Of a stretch of DNA of 64,000 nucleotides, positions 39,720 to 49,547 are shown in pieces. Source of the DNA: Candidatus Aenigmatarchaeota archaeon (GTDB taxonomy: Archaea > Aenigmatarchaeota > Aenigmatarchaeia > CG10238-14); assembly GCA_044343545.1 (NCBI GenBank), contig JAWBZR010000002.1:19213-83212 (forward strand), written 5' to 3'. A model generated the notes under the pieces. That model was not told the DNA's origin, did no database searches, and was given only the letters and a program-made list of their open reading frames with translations. Made by a program: the position numbers and the translations under genes. Position 1 is the first letter of the stretch. Every line of letters begins with the position of its first letter.

Positions 39720-41141
39720 ATGAAATATGACAAAATTCTAAAAGAGGTTTTAAAAAAAATCACGCCTAAATCAAAAGAAGAAAAAAAAATCAAGTCACTG
39801 AGTAAAAAAATACTTGAAACAGCAAATCATCTTTCATTTTTCTACGGAGCTAAGGCTATTTTAGCCGGTTCATTAACAAGAAATACATGGTTGCCAAATA
39901 AAAATGAAATAGATGTTTTTATCCTCTTCCCGAAAAATTTGAGCATAAAACATTTAGAGGAAAATGGTTTGGAAGTTGGCAAAAAAATAGTAGAAGAATT
40001 AGGTGGCAAGTGGACAATAGAATATGCGCAACACCCTTACATAAGAGGAACAATAAATGGCATAAACATCGACATCGTTCCTTGTTACAAATTAGAAAAA
40101 GGAGAAAAAATAATATCTGCTGTTGATAGAACGCAATTTCATGTAGAATACTTGGAAAATAAGATATCTAAAAAATTAAGTAGCGAGGTTAGACTGTTAA
40201 AACAATTTTTGAAAGCTAATGGCTTGTATGGCGCTGATGCAAAAACAAATGGCTTTTCCGGATATTTATGCGAGTTGTTGATAATTCATTACAAGAATTT
40301 TTTGAATTTTCTTGAAGCAGCAAAAAATTGGAGAGTAAAAGAAATAATAGACATAGAAAATCAATGGAAAAAAGAAGAGTACAATCATTTGAAGAAAAAG
40401 TTTAAGGATGAAGTTTTGATAGTGATAGATCCTGTAGACAAGGAAAGAAACGTTGCTTCGGCGGTTAGCGCTTATAACTTTTTCAAACTGAAAAAATTAG
40501 CAAGAGAATTTTTGGAAAATCCAAGTGAAAGTTTCTTTTTTGAAAAAGAAATTAAACCTCTTTCTAAAAAAGAATTTGATGAGGTTTTAAAAGAGAGAGG
40601 AACTGAAATAATAGGTATATTTTTCGAGCCACCAAAGATAGTTCCAGATATATTATGGCCACAATTAAGAAAAGCAACCAAAAGATTAGAAAGCATAATT
40701 GAAGAGTACGAGTTTTCTGTTTTGAAAAGCGATTGTTGGACTGATGAAAAAAAGATTGCAGTCATTTTATTAGAAATGCAAGTAAGCAATTTACCTAGAA
40801 TTGATAAAATAATTGGCCCATGGGTTTTTGATGAAAAAAACGCGAAAAATTTTGCTGAGAAACACAAAGCTGATGCAATAGCAGGACCATACATAGAAGA
40901 TAATTGTTGGGTGGTTGAGGTTAAGAGAAAATGGACATCTGCTAAACTTAAATTAATAGATTCTATAAGTAAAGATAAGGAAATTCTCAAAGCAAAAGGA
41001 ATACCAAATTTTATTGCCGAGCAATTATCAAAAGATTTCAATGTAGTTTCAAACGATGAAATAAAAAATTATTTCAAAAACAAAGAGTTTGCAATATTCA
41101 TGAGAAAATATTTTGAAAAGGAAAATCTTGCTTTATTTTAG
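39720..41141 (+). CDS. cca: CCA-adding enzyme (class I, archaeal)
   Basis: GSLTRNTWL...EIDVF, YAQHPY, DIVPCY, SAVDRT.FH, GFSGYLCEL, DPVD..RNVA. Confidence 0.95.
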   Translation: MKYDKILKEVLKKITPKSKEEKKIKSLSKKILETANHLSFFYGAKAILAGSLTRNTWLPNKNEIDVFILFPKNLSIKHLEENGLEVGKKIVEELGGKWTIEYAQHPYIRGTINGINIDIVPCYKLEKGEKIISAVDRTQFHVEYLENKISKKLSSEVRLLKQFLKANGLYGADAKTNGFSGYLCELLIIHYKNFLNFLEAAKNWRVKEIIDIENQWKKEEYNHLKKKFKDEVLIVIDPVDKERNVASAVSAYNFFKLKKLAREFLENPSESFFFEKEIKPLSKKEFDEVLKERGTEIIGIFFEPPKIVPDILWPQLRKATKRLESIIEEYEFSVLKSDCWTDEKKIAVILLEMQVSNLPRIDKIIGPWVFDEKNAKNFAEKHKADAIAGPYIEDNCWVVEVKRKWTSAKLKLIDSISKDKEILKAKGIPNFIAEQLSKDFNVVSNDEIKNYFKNKEFAIFMRKYFEKENLALF

Positions 41142-41877
41142 CTATCAGGTCTTGAATTTTTTGTAATATCTGGTAAAACAGTCCAGTTCTTCTAAATAAA
41201 TGTTCATACTTTCCTTCTTCAAAACCTAAACGGCTGCTTATTTCTTTATCTGTGGCCACAACAACTTTGATCAAATCCTCATAAGAAAAATCTATACTTT
41301 CGAAATAAACATCATCGCATTTTCTTATAGTTTTCTTAACAACGTTGCAAGGAAAGCTAAAACTACATTTTTGGGATATTTTCCAACCTTTTTTCCCAAC
41401 AAAACTATCTATTTTATCTTCAAATGGTTTATGACAAGAAAAATAATCTTCTCCTGTTATCTGATGTGTTGGCGTCAACGCATCTGAAAAATAATGAATC
41501 GCCATACCAATACTGTAATCATCCATTTTTATCGTTTCATTGAATTTTTCAAGAGCAGGACAATAAAAATAATCTCCATCAAAGCATTCAGAGATATCAG
41601 CAAAATAGTGCAAACTTCCTGGAGCTTTTATGGTTGTGTCAATTTTTTTGCATTGCTTTGCATAATAACAGCTATGTTGTCTTTGGTCCTTAACTATTGT
41701 GTCCGGCGCGATGCAGCCTTCTAAAAATAATGTTTTATTTTTTATCACTTCTCTCAAAGCTTCGTTTCCACTATAAATTTGATTGCAAATCCAAACATGA
41801 GTTTCACGGCCCCACGCATTAACTATGGGAAGCATGAATGATAATAAAATCAAAAATTTAAGGTAATATTTCATCAT
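41098..41877 (-). CDS. Secreted zinc-dependent phospholipase C / S1-P1 nuclease fold protein
   Basis: Signal peptide then A|WGRETH; G..APD; HYFSD..TPTH; H..FE tri-zinc ligand pattern. Confidence 0.7.
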   Translation of the reverse strand: MMKYYLKFLILLSFMLPIVNAWGRETHVWICNQIYSGNEALREVIKNKTLFLEGCIAPDTIVKDQRQHSCYYAKQCKKIDTTIKAPGSLHYFADISECFDGDYFYCPALEKFNETIKMDDYSIGMAIHYFSDALTPTHQITGEDYFSCHKPFEDKIDSFVGKKGWKISQKCSFSFPCNVVKKTIRKCDDVYFESIDFSYEDLIKVVVATDKEISSRLGFEEGKYEHLFRRTGLFYQILQKIQDLIAKIKQDFPFQNIFS

Positions 41878-42734
41878 AAGTCCTCATCGTCCATCCTCGG
41901 ACAAGCCATATTTATTGTTAAATCAAATTTCATTCCAATGATTTTTTCTTTTGATATAGCATCAAAAGCAAGGATATGAACTTTTTTACCCATTTTTTCT
42001 AGTTGATGTTTCAGTGCAAATGCTTCATTTATTCTATTTTGCCCTTTTTTCCAAGATACTAAAATGCCAATGACTTTTGCATTTTTAATCTCTTCATTTT
42101 TCCATAACTTTTTTTTGATGTATTTCATTTTTTCCTTTTCGAAGTCTATTATTTCACCTCTTTCCAAATCTAAAGAAAAAACAGGTTTATTTGAAAGAAG
42201 GGCAACTCCAAGAGGATGAAATTTTCCCGTACCAACGTAAAGAAGGCAAGACGTTTCGAGTTTTAGTGCGGCATCAACTCTGCAGCCCAACACTTGGCCA
42301 TCATGTTTTTCTGTTTTTGCAACCTCAACTTTTTTACCCCTACTTTTCAACCATTTTTCAACTTCTTTCATGACAGGTACATATTGCAAGGTTGTAAATA
42401 AACCTACACTTTCATAATCCTTTATTTTTTGAAATTCTTTTTCAATTATAGGTATTGGATCAACTTTCAAGAAATAATCTACGTAAACGACCGGTATCTC
42501 AGAGCTTACACCAAAATCTGAATGACCTATATGCAATATCGCATCACAACCTAATCTTTTCGCTTCAACATCTCTTACATCGCAAGCTCCAAATGTCGGT
42601 TCACAACACAATACAGTTTCAAATCCATTATTTTGCATCTCTTCATCTATTTTTTGAATTTTTGTTTTCAATCCTTCCGGGTATTGAATGAATATTCTTT
42701 TTGCTTTCAAATTCTTCAATTCTTCAAACATCAA
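41874..42734 (-). CDS. dph2: Diphthamide biosynthesis enzyme Dph2
   Basis: QYPEGLK, FGACD, HIGHS, GQVLGC, G.FH, KKGQ, ACPR; all three Fe-S cysteines present. Confidence 0.93.
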   Translation of the reverse strand: MMFEELKNLKAKRIFIQYPEGLKTKIQKIDEEMQNNGFETVLCCEPTFGACDVRDVEAKRLGCDAILHIGHSDFGVSSEIPVVYVDYFLKVDPIPIIEKEFQKIKDYESVGLFTTLQYVPVMKEVEKWLKSRGKKVEVAKTEKHDGQVLGCRVDAALKLETSCLLYVGTGKFHPLGVALLSNKPVFSLDLERGEIIDFEKEKMKYIKKKLWKNEEIKNAKVIGILVSWKKGQNRINEAFALKHQLEKMGKKVHILAFDAISKEKIIGMKFDLTINMACPRMDDEDL

Positions 42735-42766
42735 AAATTAAGATTTTCGGAATTAATTTAAATGTT

Positions 42767-43004
42767 ATGGTTAAATTGTCTTGGAGAGTTAAGAGAAAAG
42801 GTTATTGGCTCTATAAGGATGGTAAAGTTAAAAAAGATGTTGAAACTGAAAAGAGAACATATTTTCTTGTGTATAGCGACAAGGAGCATTCCGTGATATT
42901 TGATAAGACAAGAAATCAATTCTTGTGCGATTGCGAATACTTTTCTCTAAAACTCACAGAATGTTCACACATTTATGCCGTAAAATTATTCTTGGGTGTG
43001 GTTG

Positions 43005-43018
<14 letters not shown>
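42767..43018 (+). CDS. SWIM zinc-finger protein
   Basis: CDC.YF.....ECSHIYAV (CxCxnCxH); ATG at 42767. Confidence 0.75.
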
Positions 43019-43268
<250 letters not shown>

Positions 43269-43325
43269 ATTTTGTTTGGCTTAGTTTATAAACTATTATT
43301 AAAATTTTCTTTTTAATTTTTAATT

Positions 43326-44153
43326 ATGCCTGTAAATGCACCGGCAGAATATTATGCTGCTGAAGAAAAATATAGAAATGCCAAAACGAAAGAAGAAAAA
43401 ATAAAATATTTGGAAGAAATGATAGCACTCTTACCAAAGCATCATGGATCTGAAAAACTTTTGATGGAGTTGAAAAAAAGATTGTCAAAACTCAAAATGC
43501 AAAAGGAATCTAAACCTGGTAGAACAACTTTTTCTTTAAAAAAGGAAGGCGCCGCTCAAGTTTGTTTAGTTGGTTTAGCAAATTCTGGTAAAAGCACTTT
43601 GTTAAAACTTTTGACAGGCGTTGACGTTAAAATAAGCGAATATCCTTACACGACTACAAAACCTGAAGTCGGCATGATGAGTTACGAAGATGTTTGGATA
43701 CAAGTAGTCGAGATACCATCAACTTTTGAACCTATGTGGATGGGTATAGTTAAAAATTGTGATTTAATAATAAAAGTAATAGACGGTAATGAAAATTTGG
43801 ATGAGCAACGAAGAGAAATAAGAAAAATATTTGAGGAGAATAAAATCAGCGTGCCTTCTATAAAAGTTGTCATGAAGAGAAGCATTGATCTGGAAAAGAT
43901 AAAAAGAGAGATATGGTCGAAGTTGAATCTTATAAGAATTTATACGAAAGAACAAGGTAAAGAACCTGAGAAAAAACCCATCATATTTAAGGGGAAAGCG
44001 ACAGTAAGAGATGTAGCAAAAGAAATACATAAAGATTTTCTGAAACACTTTAGATTTGCCAAGGTATGGGGGAAATCGGTAAAGTTTCAAGGTGCTCAAG
44101 TAGGTTTGGATCATGAATTGGCTGATAAGGACATAGTTCAAATATTTGCTTGA
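43326..44153 (+). CDS. DRG/OBG-family GTPase with TGS domain (short form)
   Basis: PKHHGSEKL, GLANSGKS, YPYTT, LIRIYTK, AKVWGKS.KF..Q.VGLDH.L.D.D. Confidence 0.9.
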   Translation: MPVNAPAEYYAAEEKYRNAKTKEEKIKYLEEMIALLPKHHGSEKLLMELKKRLSKLKMQKESKPGRTTFSLKKEGAAQVCLVGLANSGKSTLLKLLTGVDVKISEYPYTTTKPEVGMMSYEDVWIQVVEIPSTFEPMWMGIVKNCDLIIKVIDGNENLDEQRREIRKIFEENKISVPSIKVVMKRSIDLEKIKREIWSKLNLIRIYTKEQGKEPEKKPIIFKGKATVRDVAKEIHKDFLKHFRFAKVWGKSVKFQGAQVGLDHELADKDIVQIFA

Positions 44154-44192
44154 GATGCTTAAATAAATCTTTTTTCTTTCAAATTATTATTT

Positions 44193-44603
44193 ATGGTGTT
44201 TGAAGTAGAAATGTATGCGATAGTAGAAAATAATGGAAAAATTTTGGCTTTGTTAAAAAAATCGACTGATGGGTTTTCAGAAGACAAGTGGTGTTTGCCA
44301 GGAGGAAAAATGAATTTTGGTGAAGATGCAATAGATTGCTTGAAAAGAGTTGTTAAAGAGACATGTAACTTGGATATAGACATATTAACACCGATAGATG
44401 TCTCAGTCAACGTGGACGAAAACAATAATAAGCAAACCGTTGCCATAACCTATATTTGCGAGTTCAAGTCTGGTCAAGCAAAACCATCAAAAGAATATAA
44501 AGAATGCAAGTGGTATGAACCGAAAAAACTATCAGAGATAGAAGAATTGGATTGGGTAACAGAGAAAGCATTATATCCTTACATAGATTTCATTTCAGTT
44601 TAA
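44193..44603 (+). CDS. NUDIX-fold protein
   Basis: WCLPGGKMNFGE...CLKR; Nudix box partly degenerate. Confidence 0.75.
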   Translation: MVFEVEMYAIVENNGKILALLKKSTDGFSEDKWCLPGGKMNFGEDAIDCLKRVVKETCNLDIDILTPIDVSVNVDENNNKQTVAITYICEFKSGQAKPSKEYKECKWYEPKKLSEIEELDWVTEKALYPYIDFISV

Positions 44604-45625
44604 TCCACAAAAACTACTGGTAATTTCGGTAAATTGCAAAAATCTGTTGTGAAGCAATATGCACCTGCATTTAGAAACACTATTTTATCTCCAACCTTTG
44701 GATTTTTCAATTTTACATCGTACCTAAATATGTCCATAGAGCAGGGAGTGCATCCTTTTATTACATAAGTGTCGCCTTCTTCCAATTCATTTTCCACGAG
44801 TAATTTTATTGGAACGATTATTGTATCCAACGCTCCATTGTAAACAGAAGCATCAACGATTATGTTATTGTCATAAATAGCTAAAATTTCTGTTTCTAGT
44901 TTCGTAGGAGGCGCGGCAAGAAATCTACCTGGCTCTATAATTGTCTTTATCTCATATTCCTTTAACCAGTCTCTCAATTCTTCAATTTTTTTGAATATGA
45001 AATCGATGTTTCTGGCTGAAGTGTTCTTATAATCAACTGGCAAGCCGCCACCAATATTAACAGCATCTATACTTTTTAATGTTTCTTCTTTCAACATTTG
45101 AGATAATTCGTCTTTCAAGTTCCATTCGCTCGTGTTTTGAGTTTTTCTGTGAAAATGAACGCCCAATAATTTTATCGCTTCATTGTCGCGGAGTTTTGGT
45201 ATCCATTCATTTATCTGTCTTGAGTACATGCCGAAAACAAAATACTTTCCTGTATGAATAGTGTATTCTTTCATTTTCATTCTTAAAAGAAGGTTTATTT
45301 TAACTTGATTTTCTTTCAAAAAGCTTAATAATGTGTTAAGATCAGCTTCATTATCTACGATAAAATTTTCTATCCCCATTTCTATTAATTCGTTTATTTT
45401 ATTTTTGTCCCATGCTTGCGCAACGAACCATACTCTTTTTTTATCTTTCACATAACTCAAAGATTCCATCATATGTATCGTAAAAAAAGAGTCCGTCTTT
45501 TCTTCCAATATCCATGCTATTTCTGGAAATGTCTTCAAACTATACGAAACTTCAAGGTTTAAAGATTTCAACTTATTATATTGCTCGAGCAATTTCGAAA
45601 TGCTCACAATAAATCTCGATTTCAT
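44600..45625 (-). CDS. PLP fold-III basic amino acid decarboxylase (ornithine/arginine/DAP family)
   Basis: YSLKT (PLP Lys), HFH, NIGGG, EPGRF, CSMD, AGAY. Confidence 0.85.
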   Translation of the reverse strand: MKSRFIVSISKLLEQYNKLKSLNLEVSYSLKTFPEIAWILEEKTDSFFTIHMMESLSYVKDKKRVWFVAQAWDKNKINELIEMGIENFIVDNEADLNTLLSFLKENQVKINLLLRMKMKEYTIHTGKYFVFGMYSRQINEWIPKLRDNEAIKLLGVHFHRKTQNTSEWNLKDELSQMLKEETLKSIDAVNIGGGLPVDYKNTSARNIDFIFKKIEELRDWLKEYEIKTIIEPGRFLAAPPTKLETEILAIYDNNIIVDASVYNGALDTIIVPIKLLVENELEEGDTYVIKGCTPCSMDIFRYDVKLKNPKVGDKIVFLNAGAYCFTTDFCNLPKLPVVFVD

Positions 45626-46569
45626 ATTAATCCCTCATCGCTCAAAATATCTAAGGCGGCAAACATCGCTAAAGGAAAAGTTACGCTAACATCTCCTATC
45701 ACGGTAACAGCATCGGCAGAATCCTTTATTTTTCCCCAACTTTTTGCTTCCCTCGTTGTAGCTCCACTCAAACTACCCGAATATTCGTGTGCCGTCGTCA
45801 TGTATACAGCATAATCCGCACCTCCATTTATTAGAGTACCTAAAATGGCGTGATGTTTTGACACTCCTCCACCTAAAGCTATTATTGCTTTTTTGTCGTC
45901 ATGAGTTGAGCTAAAAATTAAATTGGCAAAATCTTGGACAACATCTATTATAAAATCTTTGTGGTCTTGTTGAAACATGAACAAATGAAAGCCAAGAGAA
46001 CCATCAGTTATTGCTGGACAAAATATTGGTACATTATTTCTTGCTGCTTGATATAAAATCGATTTCTCATCGTTTAACATAAATCCTATTTCTCTTAGAA
46101 ACTCAGAAACACAATATCTCTTCTTTTTTTCATAAAGTTTTGGCAGTATTTCTTGCATGAAAGCTTCAAACCTTTCATAACTTTCATTTCTTATTAAAAG
46201 ATTTCCAACTCTATTGATACCTTTTTCATGCAAACCAACATCATCTGCAGCGTAATTGCCGATGAAGAAATCTTCTCCTATAGCTTTCATTATATCTTCT
46301 TCTACACTTCCAACAGTTGTGATTATCACGTTTGCCATTTTCAACTTTATCAATTGAGCGAAAAATCCTCTTAGACCAGAAGTTACCATATTGGAAGTAA
46401 ATGTCAAATAAATTTTTGCACCTTCTCTTTTCATTTTCGTGAAGCATTCTACAGCTTTACCTAGCTCAACACCTTGAAAACCGCAACTACCTAAACTTTT
46501 AACCAAATCCAATACTCGTGTGTGCTTATGCCATTCTATGTCTTTAACTTTTACCATAAATATCACCAA
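45622..46569 (-). CDS. dys: Deoxyhypusine synthase
   Basis: GFQG, FTSNMVTSGLR, NRVGN, CPAITDGSLG, GGGVSKH, GSLSGA..REAKSWGK (active-site Lys). Confidence 0.95.
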   Translation of the reverse strand: MVIFMVKVKDIEWHKHTRVLDLVKSLGSCGFQGVELGKAVECFTKMKREGAKIYLTFTSNMVTSGLRGFFAQLIKLKMANVIITTVGSVEEDIMKAIGEDFFIGNYAADDVGLHEKGINRVGNLLIRNESYERFEAFMQEILPKLYEKKKRYCVSEFLREIGFMLNDEKSILYQAARNNVPIFCPAITDGSLGFHLFMFQQDHKDFIIDVVQDFANLIFSSTHDDKKAIIALGGGVSKHHAILGTLINGGADYAVYMTTAHEYSGSLSGATTREAKSWGKIKDSADAVTVIGDVSVTFPLAMFAALDILSDEGLI

Positions 46570-46668
46570 TAAATGAATTTGATTAAATCAACTTATAGAA
46601 ATAGCCTATGGAGTTGTTCTTTTTTTCATTAAGAATATATTTTAAAAGAAAAAATTTATAAATTTTTT

Positions 46669-47517
46669 ATGAATCATTTTCTTTTCACAGAATTAGGAAT
46701 AATTTTGATGTATTTTATCTGCCTAATATACGTTATCAAAAAAGACAAGTCTATGCTTCCTTTTTTGCTTTCAACAACTTTTTATGCTTTATTTTTTGAA
46801 AACATGAACATTCTCATATCTTCTGGAAAAGAAGGGAGTTATTATTACAACAAAAATTTTTTCATCAACATTTTTCATTTACCTTTGTTCGTGGCTCTTG
46901 CGTGGAGCATAATAATGTATACTAGCTTTAAAATAGCAAAATCTGTTGGAGTATCAAAGAAATCTTTACCAATGGCAGCTGCTTTATTAGTGTTGCTCAT
47001 AGATTTATCTATAGATGTTGTTGCCATAAGACTTGGCTATTGGTTCTGGGTAGGATACGAATTTAAAGACGGATACTTTGGTGTTCCAGCAAGCAATTTT
47101 ATAGGTTGGCTATTGGTTTCTTTTTCATTTTTTTATTTAGAGCAAAATATTAAAATGAAATCTTGGTTGAAATATTTATTTTTACCATTCCTTTCATATT
47201 TTACATTTTTGTTGTTGTTTATTCCTATAACTTTGATTGAAGAAATATTTGTTTTAAACAAAGGCCAACAATTTTTAATTTTCATGTTTCTTTTAATTAT
47301 TTTCTTTGTATCCATAAAAAAGGATTCAAATAAAACAGCTTTTAACATTTTTATTTACTCACTTAGAATGCCTTTCTATTTTTTCGGTTTATATTTTATA
47401 TTAAGCAAACACATGTATGAAGAAAATATTTTATTACTTTTTTTATCAATATTTTTTTTAATCGTCGAGCTAGCTTTAATGTTCGGTGAAATTAAATGTA
47501 TACACAAGAAAAAGTAA
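46669..47517 (+). CDS. Carotenoid biosynthesis CruF-like (DUF422) membrane protein
   Basis: LPLFVALAW, DLSIDVVA, GYWFW, YFGVPASNFIGW. Confidence 0.75.
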   Translation: MNHFLFTELGIILMYFICLIYVIKKDKSMLPFLLSTTFYALFFENMNILISSGKEGSYYYNKNFFINIFHLPLFVALAWSIIMYTSFKIAKSVGVSKKSLPMAAALLVLLIDLSIDVVAIRLGYWFWVGYEFKDGYFGVPASNFIGWLLVSFSFFYLEQNIKMKSWLKYLFLPFLSYFTFLLLFIPITLIEEIFVLNKGQQFLIFMFLLIIFFVSIKKDSNKTAFNIFIYSLRMPFYFFGLYFILSKHMYEENILLLFLSIFFLIVELALMFGEIKCIHKKK

Positions 47518-49214
47518 TGAAAGAAATTTGCGAAATGTTAAGCAAAGTTGATTTTTTGAAGAGTGAGGACATAAAAAATTTCATTGAAAAACCACCAAAA
47601 GAAGATTATGGTGATTACGCGTGCAACATAGCATTTTCTTTAGCCAAAAAATTGAGAAAATCGCCAACAGAGATAGCGAAGGAAATAGCAAACCATTTGA
47701 AAGCCAAAAATTTTGTAGAAAAAGTGGAATCAAGAGATGGTTATGTCAACTTTTTCTTGGATTATAAAAAAATTGCAAAGAAAGTTTTGGAAGAGGTTAT
47801 GAGTATGAAAGAAAAATACGGTAGCTCTAATATTGGAAAGGGAAAAAGAGTTATGGTAGAATTTTCCCAACCGAATCCCGTTCATCCCATGCATATAGGT
47901 CATGCAAGAACAACATTTTTAGGCGATGCTATTTCGAATATACTCGCTTTTAACAATTATCACGTCATAAGAGCTAATTACATGAATGATGTCGGTCTGC
48001 AAGTTGCTAAGTTGGTAACGGCTTATGAGTTGTGGGGCAATAATGAAAAACCTAAAGGCAAGGAAGATGTTTGGTTATGGAATTACTATGTCAGGTTTCA
48101 TGAAGAAGAGAAAAAAAATAAAGAGTTGGAAGAGAAAGCAAGAGAAATGCTGAGAAAGTTTGAATTGTCGAGAGACAGAAAAGTTATTAAATTGTGGAGA
48201 AAGGTTGTAAACTGGTGCGTAAAAGGTTTTAAAAAAACTTATAGAGACATTTATGTAGATTTTGATATCTATTTTTACGAGAGTGATTTTAGAGATGAAG
48301 GAAAAAAACTTGTGTTGAATGCATTGAAAAGAGGTATAGCTTTCAAATCACCTGAGGGAACTATTGTGGCTGATTTGGAAAAATCAGGACTACCAAATTT
48401 CGTTTTGCTAAGATCTGATGGCACGGGATTATATCAGACAAGCGATTTAAGCTTGACAGTTCATAAGTTCAAAAAATACAAGTTAGACAAATCAATTTGG
48501 GTTGTTTCTTCTCAACAAAATCTTTATTTCCAACAATTATTCAAAACATTAGAACTTTTAGGATTCAAGTGGGTGAAGGATTGCCATCATTTATCTTTCG
48601 AACATGTAGTTTTACAAGAAGGCAAGATGTCTTCTAGAGAAGGTAGAGCGATAATGATTGACGAGGTTGTTGAGAAATTGAATAGTCTAGTTCTCGAAGA
48701 AATAAATAAAAGAAATGAAAATTTAAGCAAAAAACAAAAGTCAAACATGGCAAGAATTATAGGAGTTAGTGCTTTGAAGTATTGGATTTTAAAAGTAGAT
48801 ACAAATAACATGATAACTTTTGATTGGAATCAAATGTTGAGTTTTGATGGTAATACAGGACCATATATACAGTATGCATACACTAGATGTAACGGTATTT
48901 TGAAAAAAATAAAGAAAAGAGGTAAGGTGAAAAAAATTCGTGAAGTTAATTTTGCCGAAAGAAAGCTGATCAAAAAAATTTTGGAATTCCCCGATGTCGT
49001 GAAAAAATCATGCATAGATATGAAGCCAAATTATATATGCAATTATGCTTATGAGCTTGCAAGAGATTTTACAGAATTTTACCATTCTTGTCCGGTGTTA
49101 AGAGAAGAAGATGAAAGCAAAAAGGAATTTAGGGTGGGTTTAGTGTTTTCAACAAAAATTGTTTTACAAAATTGCATGAATTTATTGGGAATGAGAGCTC
49201 CTGAAGTGATGTGA
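47496..49214 (+). CDS. argS: Arginine--tRNA ligase
   Basis: GDYACN, EFSQPNP...HIGH, RSDGT.LY, KMSSR, GPYIQYAY.R, FY..CPVL. Confidence 0.97.
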   Translation: MYTQEKVMKEICEMLSKVDFLKSEDIKNFIEKPPKEDYGDYACNIAFSLAKKLRKSPTEIAKEIANHLKAKNFVEKVESRDGYVNFFLDYKKIAKKVLEEVMSMKEKYGSSNIGKGKRVMVEFSQPNPVHPMHIGHARTTFLGDAISNILAFNNYHVIRANYMNDVGLQVAKLVTAYELWGNNEKPKGKEDVWLWNYYVRFHEEEKKNKELEEKAREMLRKFELSRDRKVIKLWRKVVNWCVKGFKKTYRDIYVDFDIYFYESDFRDEGKKLVLNALKRGIAFKSPEGTIVADLEKSGLPNFVLLRSDGTGLYQTSDLSLTVHKFKKYKLDKSIWVVSSQQNLYFQQLFKTLELLGFKWVKDCHHLSFEHVVLQEGKMSSREGRAIMIDEVVEKLNSLVLEEINKRNENLSKKQKSNMARIIGVSALKYWILKVDTNNMITFDWNQMLSFDGNTGPYIQYAYTRCNGILKKIKKRGKVKKIREVNFAERKLIKKILEFPDVVKKSCIDMKPNYICNYAYELARDFTEFYHSCPVLREEDESKKEFRVGLVFSTKIVLQNCMNLLGMRAPEVM

Positions 49215-49217
49215 ATT

Positions 49218-49337
49218 TCACATAATAATAGGATTTGGTTCAATGAAAATTTTTTTACACCTCAAACACTCGTAAGTGACAGGAAATAAACCGTTAATTA
49301 TTTTTGTTTTTGGAGATCCACAATATGTGCATTCCAT
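49218..49337 (-). CDS. Small zinc-ribbon protein (39 aa, not in ORF track)
   Basis: MECTYCGSPKTKIINGLFPVTYECLRCKKIFIEPNPIIM; GTGATG RBS-like motif upstream. Confidence 0.65.
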   Translation of the reverse strand: MECTYCGSPKTKIINGLFPVTYECLRCKKIFIEPNPIIM

Positions 49338-49353
49338 AATATCATCACTTTTT

Positions 49354-49399
49354 AGGGGGACGCAAAGTTTTCGGTAAACCCCGTGGGTTTTATCCCCCT
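49354..49399. promoter_or_regulatory. GC-rich nested stem-loop, candidate structured leader or small RNA
   Basis: AGGGGGA (49354-60) pairs with TCCCCCT (49393-99); inner AAACCC/GGGTTT hairpin; AT-rich flanks. Confidence 0.4.
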
Positions 49400-49547
49400 T
49401 TATAATTAAATTATGTGATGAAAAAGTTTATAAAAAAATTCTAAAAATTTGTTTGTTTTACAATTTTTTAGAGAAAGAATATTCAAACAAAATTAATATA
49501 AAGCATTATAATAAAATTTATAATATTTTAATTCCAATCATAATTTT

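Noticed and set aside
40472..41041. 189-aa antisense ORF, and the many similar shadow ORFs in the track
   Set aside because: Lie opposite well-supported genes, have Ser/Phe/Ile-rich shadow composition and no motifs
49357..49380. GGGACGCAAAG...TAAACC resembles part of the c-di-GMP-I riboswitch
   Set aside because: The upstream GCAAA/GNRA P2 arm is absent and the segment is explained by another stem; kept only as an unnamed hairpin
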